Below, one piece after another: positions 34,517-43,800 of a DNA stretch of 58,678 bases. The DNA comes from Actinomycetes bacterium (lineage in GTDB: Bacteria > Actinomycetota > CALGFH01). The stretch spans positions 1 through 58,678 of the forward strand of contig JASLBL010000245.1 in assembly GCA_030146615.1 (NCBI GenBank). The letters are read 5' to 3'. Position 1 is the stretch's first letter. Each line of letters begins with the position of its first letter. The position numbers and the translations under genes are program-made. The notes beneath the pieces are model-generated. The model was not told the DNA's origin and did no database searches. It saw only the letters and a list, made by a program, of their open reading frames with translations.

Positions 34517-35542
34517 ATGCAGCCGAACCCGACGCTGGCCGACCAGGTCAGCCGGCTCTATGACCTGATCGCCGGCTACCACGCCACCCACCTGCTCGAG
34601 ATCGCGCGCGAGCTGGGTGTCTGGGAGGAACTGACCCGGAGCCCGGGTCTGGCTTCGGGCGCGCTCGCCGACCGGCTGGGCACGGACCCGTTCTACACCG
34701 ACGTGCTCTGCCGCACCGCGTTCTCCTTCGGCCTGCTGGAGCGCCAGGGCGCCGGCTGGCGCATGGCCCCGCACTTCGACCAGATCCTGGGGAACCCCGA
34801 GTCGAGCTTCTACCTGGCCTGCGCCCCGCGGGTCCACATGGTGCTCGGGGAGGACTACCGCGACTACCCCCGCCACTTCCGGGCCGGGACGACCAGGTCC
34901 TACCAGGAGCACGACGAGCAGTTCATGCGCGAGGTCGCCGAGGCGCTGAAGGCGCTCCCGCGTATCTTCGTCGACCTGGTGCTGCCGCGCCTGCCCGGCC
35001 TGAGCGCGCGGCTGGAGGGCGGCGGCCGGCTGCTGGACGTCGGCTGCGGCGGCGGCTGGGCGGTGGTGCAGCTGGCCGAGCGGTTCCCCGAGATCTCCTG
35101 TGTCGGGATCGACCTGGAGCCCTACTCGGTCGAGCTGGCTCGGCGGCTGATCGACGAGCGCGGCCTGGCCGGCCGCTGCCAGGCCCGCCTCCAGAGCGCT
35201 GACCAGCTCGGCGAGGACGGGACCTACGACGTGGCCACCAGCTTCCTGGTCGTGCACGAGATCGCCCCGGCGGCCAAGGCGGGGGCGTTCGCGGCGGTGG
35301 CCAGGGCGCTGAAGCCCGGCGGCTACTTCCTGATCTTCGACGAGACCTACCCGGAGACCGACGAGGCGCTCCAGACGATGCCGTCCCGCTTCGCCGCCCT
35401 GGCCCAGTGGTACGAGCTCACCTGGGGCAACATCGTCGGCACGCGGTCCGAGCTGCACGCCCTCTGCCAGGAGGCCGGCCTCCGGGTCGCCGAGGAGACC
35501 AGCTTCTCGCGCTTCAGCATCCTCGTCGCGGCCAAGCCGTAG
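34517..35542 (+). CDS. class I SAM-dependent methyltransferase with N-terminal winged-helix/dimerisation domain
   Basis: ATG 34517. SAM motif I LLDVGCGGGW, and acidic motif II region FLVVHE. Confidence 0.75.
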   Translation: MQPNPTLADQVSRLYDLIAGYHATHLLEIARELGVWEELTRSPGLASGALADRLGTDPFYTDVLCRTAFSFGLLERQGAGWRMAPHFDQILGNPESSFYLACAPRVHMVLGEDYRDYPRHFRAGTTRSYQEHDEQFMREVAEALKALPRIFVDLVLPRLPGLSARLEGGGRLLDVGCGGGWAVVQLAERFPEISCVGIDLEPYSVELARRLIDERGLAGRCQARLQSADQLGEDGTYDVATSFLVVHEIAPAAKAGAFAAVARALKPGGYFLIFDETYPETDEALQTMPSRFAALAQWYELTWGNIVGTRSELHALCQEAGLRVAEETSFSRFSILVAAKP

Positions 35543-35550
35543 CCGCGGCG

Positions 35551-36132
35551 TCAGGGGGTGGTCGGGGTCTCCGGCTGGCTGTCGAGGACCCGCTTGGCGA
35601 TCTCGGCCAGGGGGAGCTGGCGGTCCATGGCCGCCCGGCGCATGCGGGTGTAGGCCTGGTCCTCGGTGAGGCCGAACTGCTCCATGAGCCGGCCCTTGGC
35701 CTTCTCGATCACCTTGCGGGCGGCCAGCTTGGACTCCAGGTCGTCGACCGTGCCCTGGAGCTCGCGGCGGTCGGCCGCCCTGGCCAGGGCGACGTTCACC
35801 CCGGCCAGCAGCTGGGCCGGCTGGAACGGCTTGACCAGGTAGCCGATGGTGCCGGCGTCGGCCGCCTCCTCGACCAGCTCCTTGTCGGAGAAGGCGGTGA
35901 GAACGAGCACGGCCGGGCCCTCGGCGGTGATCTGGCGGGCCGCGGTCAGGCCGTCGACCTTGGGCATCTTCACGTCCATGACCACCAGGTCGGGACCGAG
36001 CTCGCGGGCCAGGCGCATCGCCTGCTCGCCGTCGCCGGCCTCGCCAACCACGGTGTGGCCGCCCTCCTCGAGGGTCTCGACGATGTCCACCCGGATCAGG
36101 ACCTCGTCCTCGGCGACGAGCACACGCGCCAT
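35551..36132 (-). CDS. pdtaR: ANTAR-domain response regulator (PdtaR-like)
   Basis: ATG 36132 is preceded by AAGGAG. Receiver: MARVLVAEDE, LVVMDVKMP, LVKPF. ANTAR helices: LESKLAARKVIEKAKGRLMEQFGLTEDQAYTRMRRAAMD. It lies 59 nt downstream of gltB on the same strand. Confidence 0.85.
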   Translation of the reverse strand: MARVLVAEDEVLIRVDIVETLEEGGHTVVGEAGDGEQAMRLARELGPDLVVMDVKMPKVDGLTAARQITAEGPAVLVLTAFSDKELVEEAADAGTIGYLVKPFQPAQLLAGVNVALARAADRRELQGTVDDLESKLAARKVIEKAKGRLMEQFGLTEDQAYTRMRRAAMDRQLPLAEIAKRVLDSQPETPTTP

Positions 36133-36191
36133 CCTGCTCCTTCCACCACGAACGTCGGGTAGGCATCGTAGCCCGGAAGCTGGCTGGCGGG

Positions 36192-39100
36192 TCATGCGGT
36201 TCCCTCGTGGGCGCGCTCGATGGCCGCGACCTCAGCCCGGGGCGCGACCCGCCAGAACGCGGCGTAGGAGCGGTCCCAGCTGTCCAGGATCTCCCCAGCC
36301 ACCGCCGAGCCGGTCAGCTCGTGGTGGGCGACGATCAGCTCGCGCAGGAACACCAGCTCGAACTCGTCCGGCCGCACCGGCTGCACCAGCTCGTCGTTCA
36401 GCTGGTCGAGGGCCCGGCCATCGGGGTCGTAGAGGAACAGCTCGCCGCCGGTCATGCCGGCTCCCAGGTTGCGGCCGACCGGCCCGAGCACGATCACCGA
36501 CCCGCCGGTCATGTACTCGCCGGCGTGGTCGCCGACGCCCTCGACCACCGCCGTGGCCCCCGAGTTGCGCACCGCGAACCGCTCCCCGGCCCGCCCGGCG
36601 CAGAACAGCTCGCCCCGGGTCGCCCCGTACAGGGCGGTGTTGCCGATCAGGACGGGCGTGCCGGCGTCGTCGGCCGGGGGGCGGACGACGATGCGGCCGC
36701 CGCCCATGCCCTTGCCGACGTAGTCGTTGCAGACGCCGGTGAGCCGTAGGTCGATCCCGGGGGCCAGGAACGCGCCGAAGCTCTGCCCGGCCGTCCCCTC
36801 GAGCTCGATCCGGGCCCGCCCGGCCGGCGGCCGCGAGCCGAAGGCGGCCCCGACGGCCACCCCGAGGCGGGCCCCGACCGCCCGGTCGGTGTTGCTGATC
36901 GGGTACTGGAGGTGGACCAGGCCGCCGTCGCGCAGCCCCGGCCAGGCCTCGTCGTGGACCCGGTCGCCGAGCTCGGAGCGGGGGCGCTGGATCGGGTCGG
37001 AGGCCACGAACCGCGTCGCCGGGACCTCGCCGTCGTCGCCTTCGGCCCCGATGGCCAGCAGCGGCGACAGGTCGAGACTGTCGGCCCGGGCGTCGCCGGT
37101 GCGGCGCTGGGCCAGCAGGTCGACCCGGCCGACGGCCTCGTCCAGGCTGCGCAGCCCCAGGGAGGCCAGCAGCTCCCTGGTCTCCTGGGCCACGTACTCG
37201 AGGTAGTGGACGACCATGTCCGGGGTGCCGGTGTACTTGGCCCGGAGATCGGGCCGCTGGGTGGCGATCCCGACCGGGCAGTTGTCCTGGTGACAGGTCC
37301 GGACCATCAGGCAGCCCTCGGCCAGCAGGGCGGCGGTGCCGAAGCCGAACTCGTCCGCCCCCAGCAGGGCCGCCACCAGCACGTCCCGGCCGGTCTTGAA
37401 GCCGCCGTCGACCCGGACCTTGCAGCGCGAGCGCAGGTTGTTGGCCACCAGGGCCTGCTGGGTCTCGGCCAGGCCCAGCTCCCAGGGGGCACCGCCGTGC
37501 TTGATCGAGGACAGCGGGCTGGCCCCGGTGCCGCCGTCGGCGCCGGAGATCATGACCACGTCGGCCAGCGACTTGACCACCCCGGCGGCGATCGTGCCCA
37601 CCCCGGCCTCGGCGACCAGCTTCACCGACACCTCGGCCTCGGGGTTGGCCTGCTTCAGGTCGAACACCAGCTGGGCCAGGTCCTCGATGGAGTAGATGTC
37701 GTGATGCGGCGGAGGCGAGATCAGCGCCACCCCGGGCTGGGTGTGCCGCAGGCGGGCGATCTCGGCCGACACCTTGTGACCGGGCAGCTGGCCCCCCTCG
37801 CCCGGCTTGGAGCCCTGGGCGATCTTGATCTGGAGCTCGACGGCGTTGGCCAGGTATGCCGGGGTGACCCCGAAGCGGCCGGAGGCGACCTGCTTGATGG
37901 CCGAGCTGCGCTCGGTGCCGAAGCGGGCCGGGTCCTCGCCGCCCTCGCCACAGTTGGACCGGCCCCCGACCCGGTTGAGGGCGATGGCCAGGGTCTCGTG
38001 GGCCTCCGGGGACAGCGACCCGAGGCTCATGGCCGCGGTCGAGAACCGGGCCATGATGTCGGCCGCCGGCTCGACCTCGTCCACCGGCACCGGCGGGCCG
38101 GCCGGACAGGTCGCCAGCAGGTCGCGCAGGGCGGCCGGGGGCCGCTCGTTGACCAGGCTGGCGAAGTGCTTGTAGCGCTCGAACCCGCCCCCCTTGACCG
38201 CCTGCTGGAGCAGGTGGGCGCCGCGCTTGGAGCCCTTCATCTCGGCCCCCTCGCGCACCGTGAAGTGCAGGGCCTGCATGACCTCGGGGTTGGTGGCGTG
38301 ATACTCGCCCCCGGGGCGGTGCTTGAACCAGCCGGGGTTCTCCAGCCGGGCCACCTCGGCCTGGCCGGCCCGGTGGCGCTCCAGGGCGTCGGCGGCCAGC
38401 TCGTCGAGGCCGATCCCGCCGAGGGGGGACGGGGTGCCGGCGAAGCAGAGGTCGACGACCTCCTCGTCCAGGCCGACGGCCTCGAAGATCTGCGCCCCCC
38501 GGTAGGCGTCGAGCACCGAGATGCCCATCTTGCTCATGACCTTGAACACGCCCTCGGTGAGGGCGCCCCGGTAGCGGTCCTGGGCGGCCGCCGGGTCCTG
38601 GTCGAGGGTGGCCGCCGCGGCCAGGGTGAGCCGGGGGCAGACGGCGTCGGCCCCGTAGCCGAGCAGGGCGGCCGCGTGGTGGGAGTCGACCGGCTCCCCG
38701 GTGTCGGCGACCACGCCGGTCCTGGTGGCCAGGCCCTCCCGGAGCAGCCGCTGCTGCACCGCCCCGACGGCCAGCAGCGACGGCACCGGCACAGCCCCGT
38801 TCAGCTCGTCGGCGGCGGCGTCGGAGACGACCAGCAGGCAGGCGCCGTCGCGCACGGCCGCCACCGCCTCGTCGCCGAGGCGCAGGCAGGCCGTCCGCAG
38901 CCCGCCCGGGCCCTCGTCCGCCGGCCAGGTGGCGTCCAGCACCCGCGGGCACAGCCCGAGGTCCGGGTCCTGGAGGGCCTCCAGCCCGTCGGGGGTGAGG
39001 ACGAAGCCGTCCAGCTCCAGCATCCGGGCCGCCTCCGGCTCCTCGCTGAGCAGCGGGTGGCGGCAGCCGAGCAGGGTCCGGCTGGACAGCACGTGGCGCT

Positions 39101-40676
39101 CGCGCAGGTGGTCGATGGGCGGGTTGGTGACCTGGGCGAAGCGCTGGCGCAGGAAGTGGCCGACCGGGCGGGTGGTGGCCCCGAGCACGGCCGGGGGCGT
39201 GTCGTCGCCCATGGAGGCGGTCGGCTCCTTGCCGGCGGTGGCCATCGGCCGCAGCACGGTGGTGACCAGCTCCCGGGTGAACCCGAAGATGGCCTGGGTG
39301 GCGACGGCGCGGCGCTCGTCGGCGGGCGGATCGACCGGCCGGCCGGCGTCGATGGTCGACAGATTTTCGGCCACCCAGGCGCTCCAGGGCCGGCTGGCGG
39401 CCAGCTCCTCCTTGATCTGCTCGTCGGTGAGCAGGCCCCGCTCGGGGTCGACGCAGAGCATCTGCCCCGGCCCGAGCCGGCCCCGCCGCACCCGGCCGCG
39501 GCCGGCGGTGTCGACCGCGCCGGCCTCCGAGGCGCAGACGACCAGGCCGTCCTCGGTCGCCTCCCAGCGCATCGGCCGCAGCCCGTTGCGGTCCAGGGCG
39601 GCCCCGACCAGGCGGCCGTCGGTGAACACCAGCCCGGCCGGGCCGTCCCAGGGCTCGGTCAGGCAGGCGTGGTAGCGGTAGAAGTCGCGCAGGTCCTGGC
39701 GGTCGTCGCCGGCCAGCGGCTCGACCGCCGGGACCAGCATGGCCAGGGCGTGGCGGAGGTCCCGGCCGCCCCTGACCAGCAGCTCCACCGCGTTGTCGAG
39801 CTTGGCCGAGTCGGAGCCGTCGGGGTCGAGCACCGGCCGCAGCAGCTCCTCGTCCAGCTCGCCGGCGCCTAGACGCCCCTCCCTCGCCCGCATCCAGGCC
39901 ACGTTGCCGTCGAGGGTGTTGATCTCGCCGTTGTGGCAGAGGAAGCGGAACGGCTGGGCCCGCTCCCAGGAGGGTGCGGTGTTGGTCGAGTAGCGCTGGT
40001 GGAACACGGCGAAGGCGACCTCGAAGGCGGGGTCGGCCAGGTCGGGGTAGAAGGCGGCGAGCTGGTCGGCCGCGCACAGCGCCTTGTAGGTCACGGTCCG
40101 GGTCGAGCAGGAGGCCAGGTACAGGCCGACCTCGGCCTGCCGGGCGGCCAGGGCGGCCCGCCGCCCGGCCCGGAAGCAGCGCCGCTCGGCCTCCTCGGAG
40201 TCGGTGTCGACCTGGAAGATGGCCTGCTCGATGGCGGGCGCGTTCGAGCGGGCCACGTCGCCAAGGGCCGCCAGGTCGACTGGGACCGGCCGCCAGCGGA
40301 GCAGCTCCAGCCCCTCGGCGACCAGGGCCTGCTCGACCAGCCGGCGGGACTCCTTGGCCTCCTCGGGGTCGCGGGGCAGGAAGGCCATGGCCACCCCGAG
40401 CCGGCCGCGGCGGCCTTCGGCCTGGGGACCGGCGAAGAACGCCTCGGGCAGCGGGAGCAGGACGCCGGCGCCGTCGCCGGTGCGGGCGTCGGCGGCGACC
40501 GCGCCTCGGTGCCGGAGCCGCTCCAGCCCGGCGACGGCCGCGTCCAGGACGGCCCGGCCGGGGCGGCCGTGCACGTCGGCCACGAAGCCGATGCCGCAGG
40601 CGTCGCGCTCGTCGCGCCGCCGGTCGTACAGGGCCCGGCCGTTGCGGCCGGTGCCTTGCAGGAGGTGGTCCGTCAT
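36192..40676 (-). CDS. gltB: glutamate synthase large subunit
   Basis: ATG 40676 is preceded by GGAGG. Ntn-amidotransferase Cys in RDERDACGIGFVA, FMN/Fe-S central domain, C-terminal GXGXG beta-helix (AVVEGVGDHAGEYMTGG). 1,494 aa. No gltD is adjacent. Confidence 0.9.
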   Translation of the reverse strand: MTDHLLQGTGRNGRALYDRRRDERDACGIGFVADVHGRPGRAVLDAAVAGLERLRHRGAVAADARTGDGAGVLLPLPEAFFAGPQAEGRRGRLGVAMAFLPRDPEEAKESRRLVEQALVAEGLELLRWRPVPVDLAALGDVARSNAPAIEQAIFQVDTDSEEAERRCFRAGRRAALAARQAEVGLYLASCSTRTVTYKALCAADQLAAFYPDLADPAFEVAFAVFHQRYSTNTAPSWERAQPFRFLCHNGEINTLDGNVAWMRAREGRLGAGELDEELLRPVLDPDGSDSAKLDNAVELLVRGGRDLRHALAMLVPAVEPLAGDDRQDLRDFYRYHACLTEPWDGPAGLVFTDGRLVGAALDRNGLRPMRWEATEDGLVVCASEAGAVDTAGRGRVRRGRLGPGQMLCVDPERGLLTDEQIKEELAASRPWSAWVAENLSTIDAGRPVDPPADERRAVATQAIFGFTRELVTTVLRPMATAGKEPTASMGDDTPPAVLGATTRPVGHFLRQRFAQVTNPPIDHLRERHVLSSRTLLGCRHPLLSEEPEAARMLELDGFVLTPDGLEALQDPDLGLCPRVLDATWPADEGPGGLRTACLRLGDEAVAAVRDGACLLVVSDAAADELNGAVPVPSLLAVGAVQQRLLREGLATRTGVVADTGEPVDSHHAAALLGYGADAVCPRLTLAAAATLDQDPAAAQDRYRGALTEGVFKVMSKMGISVLDAYRGAQIFEAVGLDEEVVDLCFAGTPSPLGGIGLDELAADALERHRAGQAEVARLENPGWFKHRPGGEYHATNPEVMQALHFTVREGAEMKGSKRGAHLLQQAVKGGGFERYKHFASLVNERPPAALRDLLATCPAGPPVPVDEVEPAADIMARFSTAAMSLGSLSPEAHETLAIALNRVGGRSNCGEGGEDPARFGTERSSAIKQVASGRFGVTPAYLANAVELQIKIAQGSKPGEGGQLPGHKVSAEIARLRHTQPGVALISPPPHHDIYSIEDLAQLVFDLKQANPEAEVSVKLVAEAGVGTIAAGVVKSLADVVMISGADGGTGASPLSSIKHGGAPWELGLAETQQALVANNLRSRCKVRVDGGFKTGRDVLVAALLGADEFGFGTAALLAEGCLMVRTCHQDNCPVGIATQRPDLRAKYTGTPDMVVHYLEYVAQETRELLASLGLRSLDEAVGRVDLLAQRRTGDARADSLDLSPLLAIGAEGDDGEVPATRFVASDPIQRPRSELGDRVHDEAWPGLRDGGLVHLQYPISNTDRAVGARLGVAVGAAFGSRPPAGRARIELEGTAGQSFGAFLAPGIDLRLTGVCNDYVGKGMGGGRIVVRPPADDAGTPVLIGNTALYGATRGELFCAGRAGERFAVRNSGATAVVEGVGDHAGEYMTGGSVIVLGPVGRNLGAGMTGGELFLYDPDGRALDQLNDELVQPVRPDEFELVFLRELIVAHHELTGSAVAGEILDSWDRSYAAFWRVAPRAEVAAIERAHEGTA

Positions 40677-40746
40677 CTCGCCTCCGAAAGCACTGCTGGA
40701 GCGGCGGACGCCAGGACCCGGGTGGACAACGATGTCCAGGGACACG

Positions 40747-40776
40747 AAAACGGCGCCGCCTGGGGCGAGCGCCGTT
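40747..40776 (-). terminator. intrinsic-terminator-like hairpin plus U4 between the giant gene and gltB
   Basis: mRNA sense AACGGCGC-U-CGCC-CCA-GGCG-GCGCCGUU followed by UU(CG). This is a 12-bp GC-rich stem with one bulge. It is either the terminator of the upstream operon or an attenuator in the gltB leader. Confidence 0.5.
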
Positions 40777-40791
40777 GCTCTTCGAACACTG

Positions 40792-40820
40792 AGCGTACGG
40801 AGGCTGGTCCGGCGCGTCAA
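40792..40820 (-). promoter_or_regulatory. candidate gltB promoter
   Basis: Minus-sense TTGACG (40820-40815), exactly 17 nt, then TACGCT (40797-40792; TAnnnT). It lies upstream of the hairpin at 40747..40776. Confidence 0.45.
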
Positions 40821-40859
40821 CAGCCGGTCGGCCTGGCCGGCGGGCGGCCGGGAAGGACC

Positions 40860-43800
40860 CTACCCGTCGCGGGCCGTCCTCTGCCGCCAGGCGACCACGG
40901 CGCCGGCCCCGGCGGCCAGGAGCAGCAGCGCCAGCGCCCCGCCGACCAGCCGCAGGAGCGGGGCCGGGTCGAGCCGGATCTCGGCCGGCCCGGCGGGCAG
41001 TCCGGGCACCGGCTCCGGCCGCATGGCCTGCCTCGGGACCAGGCCGAGGCGCACGGCCAGCTGGCCGAGGGCGGCCGGTCGGACGGGGCCGCCGTCGGCC
41101 GGCAGCTCCAGCACCGCCCGCTCGAACGGCTGGCGCATGGCCCCGTCCGGCATGATCTGGGGCAGGCCGAGCGGGCGCCCGAACCGGTCGCGGGCCCGCG
41201 CGAAGTCCTCGGCCGTCGCCGTCGCCGGGTCGGTGCCCAGGTAGGCGCGGGCGATCAGCTCCTCACGGAGCAGGGCCCGGGTCTGCCGGTTGGTGACCGG
41301 CGGGGCGGTCGACGGCAGCGGGATGTCGGCGTCGGCCACCGCCTCGACGTCCAGCTTGGCGAGCAGGGGCGGCAGCTCGATCGGCCGCACGGCCGGCGGG
41401 CCGCCGGCGGTCGGGACCGCCCCCAGGACCATGGTGTCGAACGCCTGGAGGGCCGGGCCGTCGCTGGTCCAGACCGACCCCAGCGGGCGGCCGAGGACGG
41501 CCTTGCCGCCGACCGACCGGTAGGCGCTGTGGAACGTGCCGGCCTGGCTGTCCACCACCCGGTAGCCGCCGCAGGCCGAGCCGGTGGTGTTGGAGAACAC
41601 CCCGTCGGGCAGCGGCAGGAGGTCGGCCACGGGGTCGAGCGGGGCGGCGTCGACGCGCCACAGCTCCACCCCGGACAGGCTGCGGGACGGGTGCGCGGCC
41701 AGCCTGGTCCCGTGCTGGCGGACCCAGGCGGCCAGCGACGGGGTCAGGGGGCCCTGGGCGGTCCCGCCGGTCAGCACGAAGTAGCGGACGCCGGCGGCGT
41801 GGGCGGCCGGCCCGCTGGAGAACTCGGTCACGGTGACGCCGGCGGCCAGCAGCCGGGCCCGGTCGTCGGGGCCGCTGGCGTTGACCGCCGAGCACTCCGG
41901 AACCTCGGCGCCGACCGTCGCCACCAGGCGCCCGAGGCCGTCGTCGGCCTGCCCTCCGTACCGGCCGGCCCAGTTGACCGCCTGGGCGGCGAGCAGCCCC
42001 ACGAGCACGACCCCGGCCCCGGCGAGGGCAGCCCGCCGGGCCTGCTGGGTGGCGCCGGCCGCGACCAGCGTCACCGCCGCCACGGCCACGGAAACGGCCG
42101 CGGCGGGCACGGCGAACGGGAGGGCCTGCTCGGCCGGGTACCCGAGGGCGATCGCGGCCAGCGCCCCGGCCGCCGAGGTCGCCGACCAGGCGAGCAGCCG
42201 GGCCGCCCCTGGGCCGGCATCCGACCTGGCGCCGGACCGGTGGCGCCAGGTCAGGATGGCGGCGGCCAGGCCGGCGGCGACCAGCAGCCAGGTCAGGGGA
42301 GCGCCGGCCAGCGACGCGGCCACCGACCCGCGCCCCTGGGGCCGGCCGAGCAGCCACCCGGCCTGCCCGGCCCCCAGGTCCTGGCCCGCCACCCAGACCG
42401 GCAGGAGCAGCCAGAGGCCGATGGCCAGCCCGAGCGCGGCCATGTCCTTCCAGGCCTCCTGGTAGCGCCCATGGAGCAGCTCGGCGACCACGGGCACGGC
42501 CAGCACCGGCAGGGCCAGCGGGCTCACCAGCAGGGCGAGCCCACCCCCGGCGGCCACCAGCGGCAGCCAGCGCAGAACCGGCCGCGCCGGCACCCCCCAG
42601 GCCAGAGCGACCGTGCCCACCGCGAGGAGCACGGCCAGCACGGTCCCGGTCGCCGCCCGTCCGCTCTGCACCACCAGCGGGTCCAGCGCCACCAGCGCCC
42701 CTGCCAGCGCCGCTCCTCCCAGCCGCCACAGCCGGCCCGGCCGTCCTCCTTGCGGCGGGGCCGGACCCGGCCCGGCCGCCGCACCGGAACCGGGCCCGAC
42801 CCGCATAAGCAGCAGGAAGAGCGCCACCGTCAGACCAACCACACCCGCCAGCAGGAACCGGCTCGGCACCCTCGCCTCCCGGACCACCGCCTCCAGCGAC
42901 CCCCCAGCCTCGGTCGCCCGCAGCCAGATCCCAGCCCCCAGCGCATACACCGGCTCGATCGGCCCAACCCTGGGGTCCTGCACCACCAGCCCGCCCCCAC
43001 TCCCCCCGGCAGCCCTCACCACCGCCACCTCACCCGCCCGGGTGTCAGCCCCGCCAGCTCCAACCCACCCGGCGGCCCCCACGGCCAGCACCGCCATGAG
43101 CAAAGCAACCACGGCGGGTCGAGCCACCCGCCCACCGGCATCCGCAGTCGGCGTCGCACCCGCCGCCGCGTCCGCCGCAACCTTCGCCCGCCGCGCTTCG
43201 TCCCGTGCCGTCCTCCGGGCCGCCCGCTCCCGAGCCGCCTCCGCCCGGGCTAGTTCCCGAGCCTCGGCCTTCGCCGCCTTGTCCTGCCGGGACTGCTCCC
43301 GCTTCACCCGGTTCTCGACAGCCTTCGCCTGAGCGGCGGCGGCCCGCTCCGCCGTACGCGCCTCGGCTTGAGCCGCCTTCACCCGCTCGGCCTCCATCTG
43401 CGCCGACTTGCGGGCCTCGGCCCTCGCCTGCGCGGCAGCGGCCCGGGCCGCCCGCCGCTCCTCCGCCTTTGCCGCTCGCACCTGCCCGGCCTCCGCACGG
43501 GCGATCCGCCGTGCCTCGGCCTCGATGGCCTTCGCCTTGGCTGCCTCCGCCTGCTCCGCCTTCCGAGCCTCGGCCTCCGCGGCCCGTGCCTGCTCGGCCT
43601 CACGACGGGCGGCCGCCTTCGCCTCCTCCTGCGCCGCCTTGGCCTGGGCGGCGGCGGCGCGGGCCGTCCGCCGCTCCTCCGCTCGGGCCGCCTTCGCCTG
43701 GCTGGCCTCCGCGCGCGCGGCCGCCTGGGCCTCGGCCTTGGCCGCCTTCGCCTGCTGGGCCTGCTGGCGGCGAACCTCGGCCTCTGCCGCCCGCTTCGCC

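Noticed and set aside
40677-40700. Anti-Shine-Dalgarno pairing (CUCC ... GGAG) just upstream of the gltB ATG
   Set aside because: It is only about 4 bp with a 12-nt loop, too weak to distinguish from chance in this GC content.
40875-41010. LPAGP in the giant protein tail, and GVATG in the DUF4397 tail, as LPXTG-type sorting motifs
   Set aside because: Neither matches LPXTG/LAXTG (the Thr-Gly is missing or the first positions are wrong). They are noted only as the nearest resemblance, not called as sortase signals.
36232-43253. Very long alternate-frame or antisense ORFs over gltB and the giant gene (36232..40077 -, 36912..39872 +, 39933..43253 +, 39974..40792 +, 41263..42729 -)
   Set aside because: They overlap genes with strong domain evidence. 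All are low-complexity Arg/Pro/Gly-rich translations without motifs.
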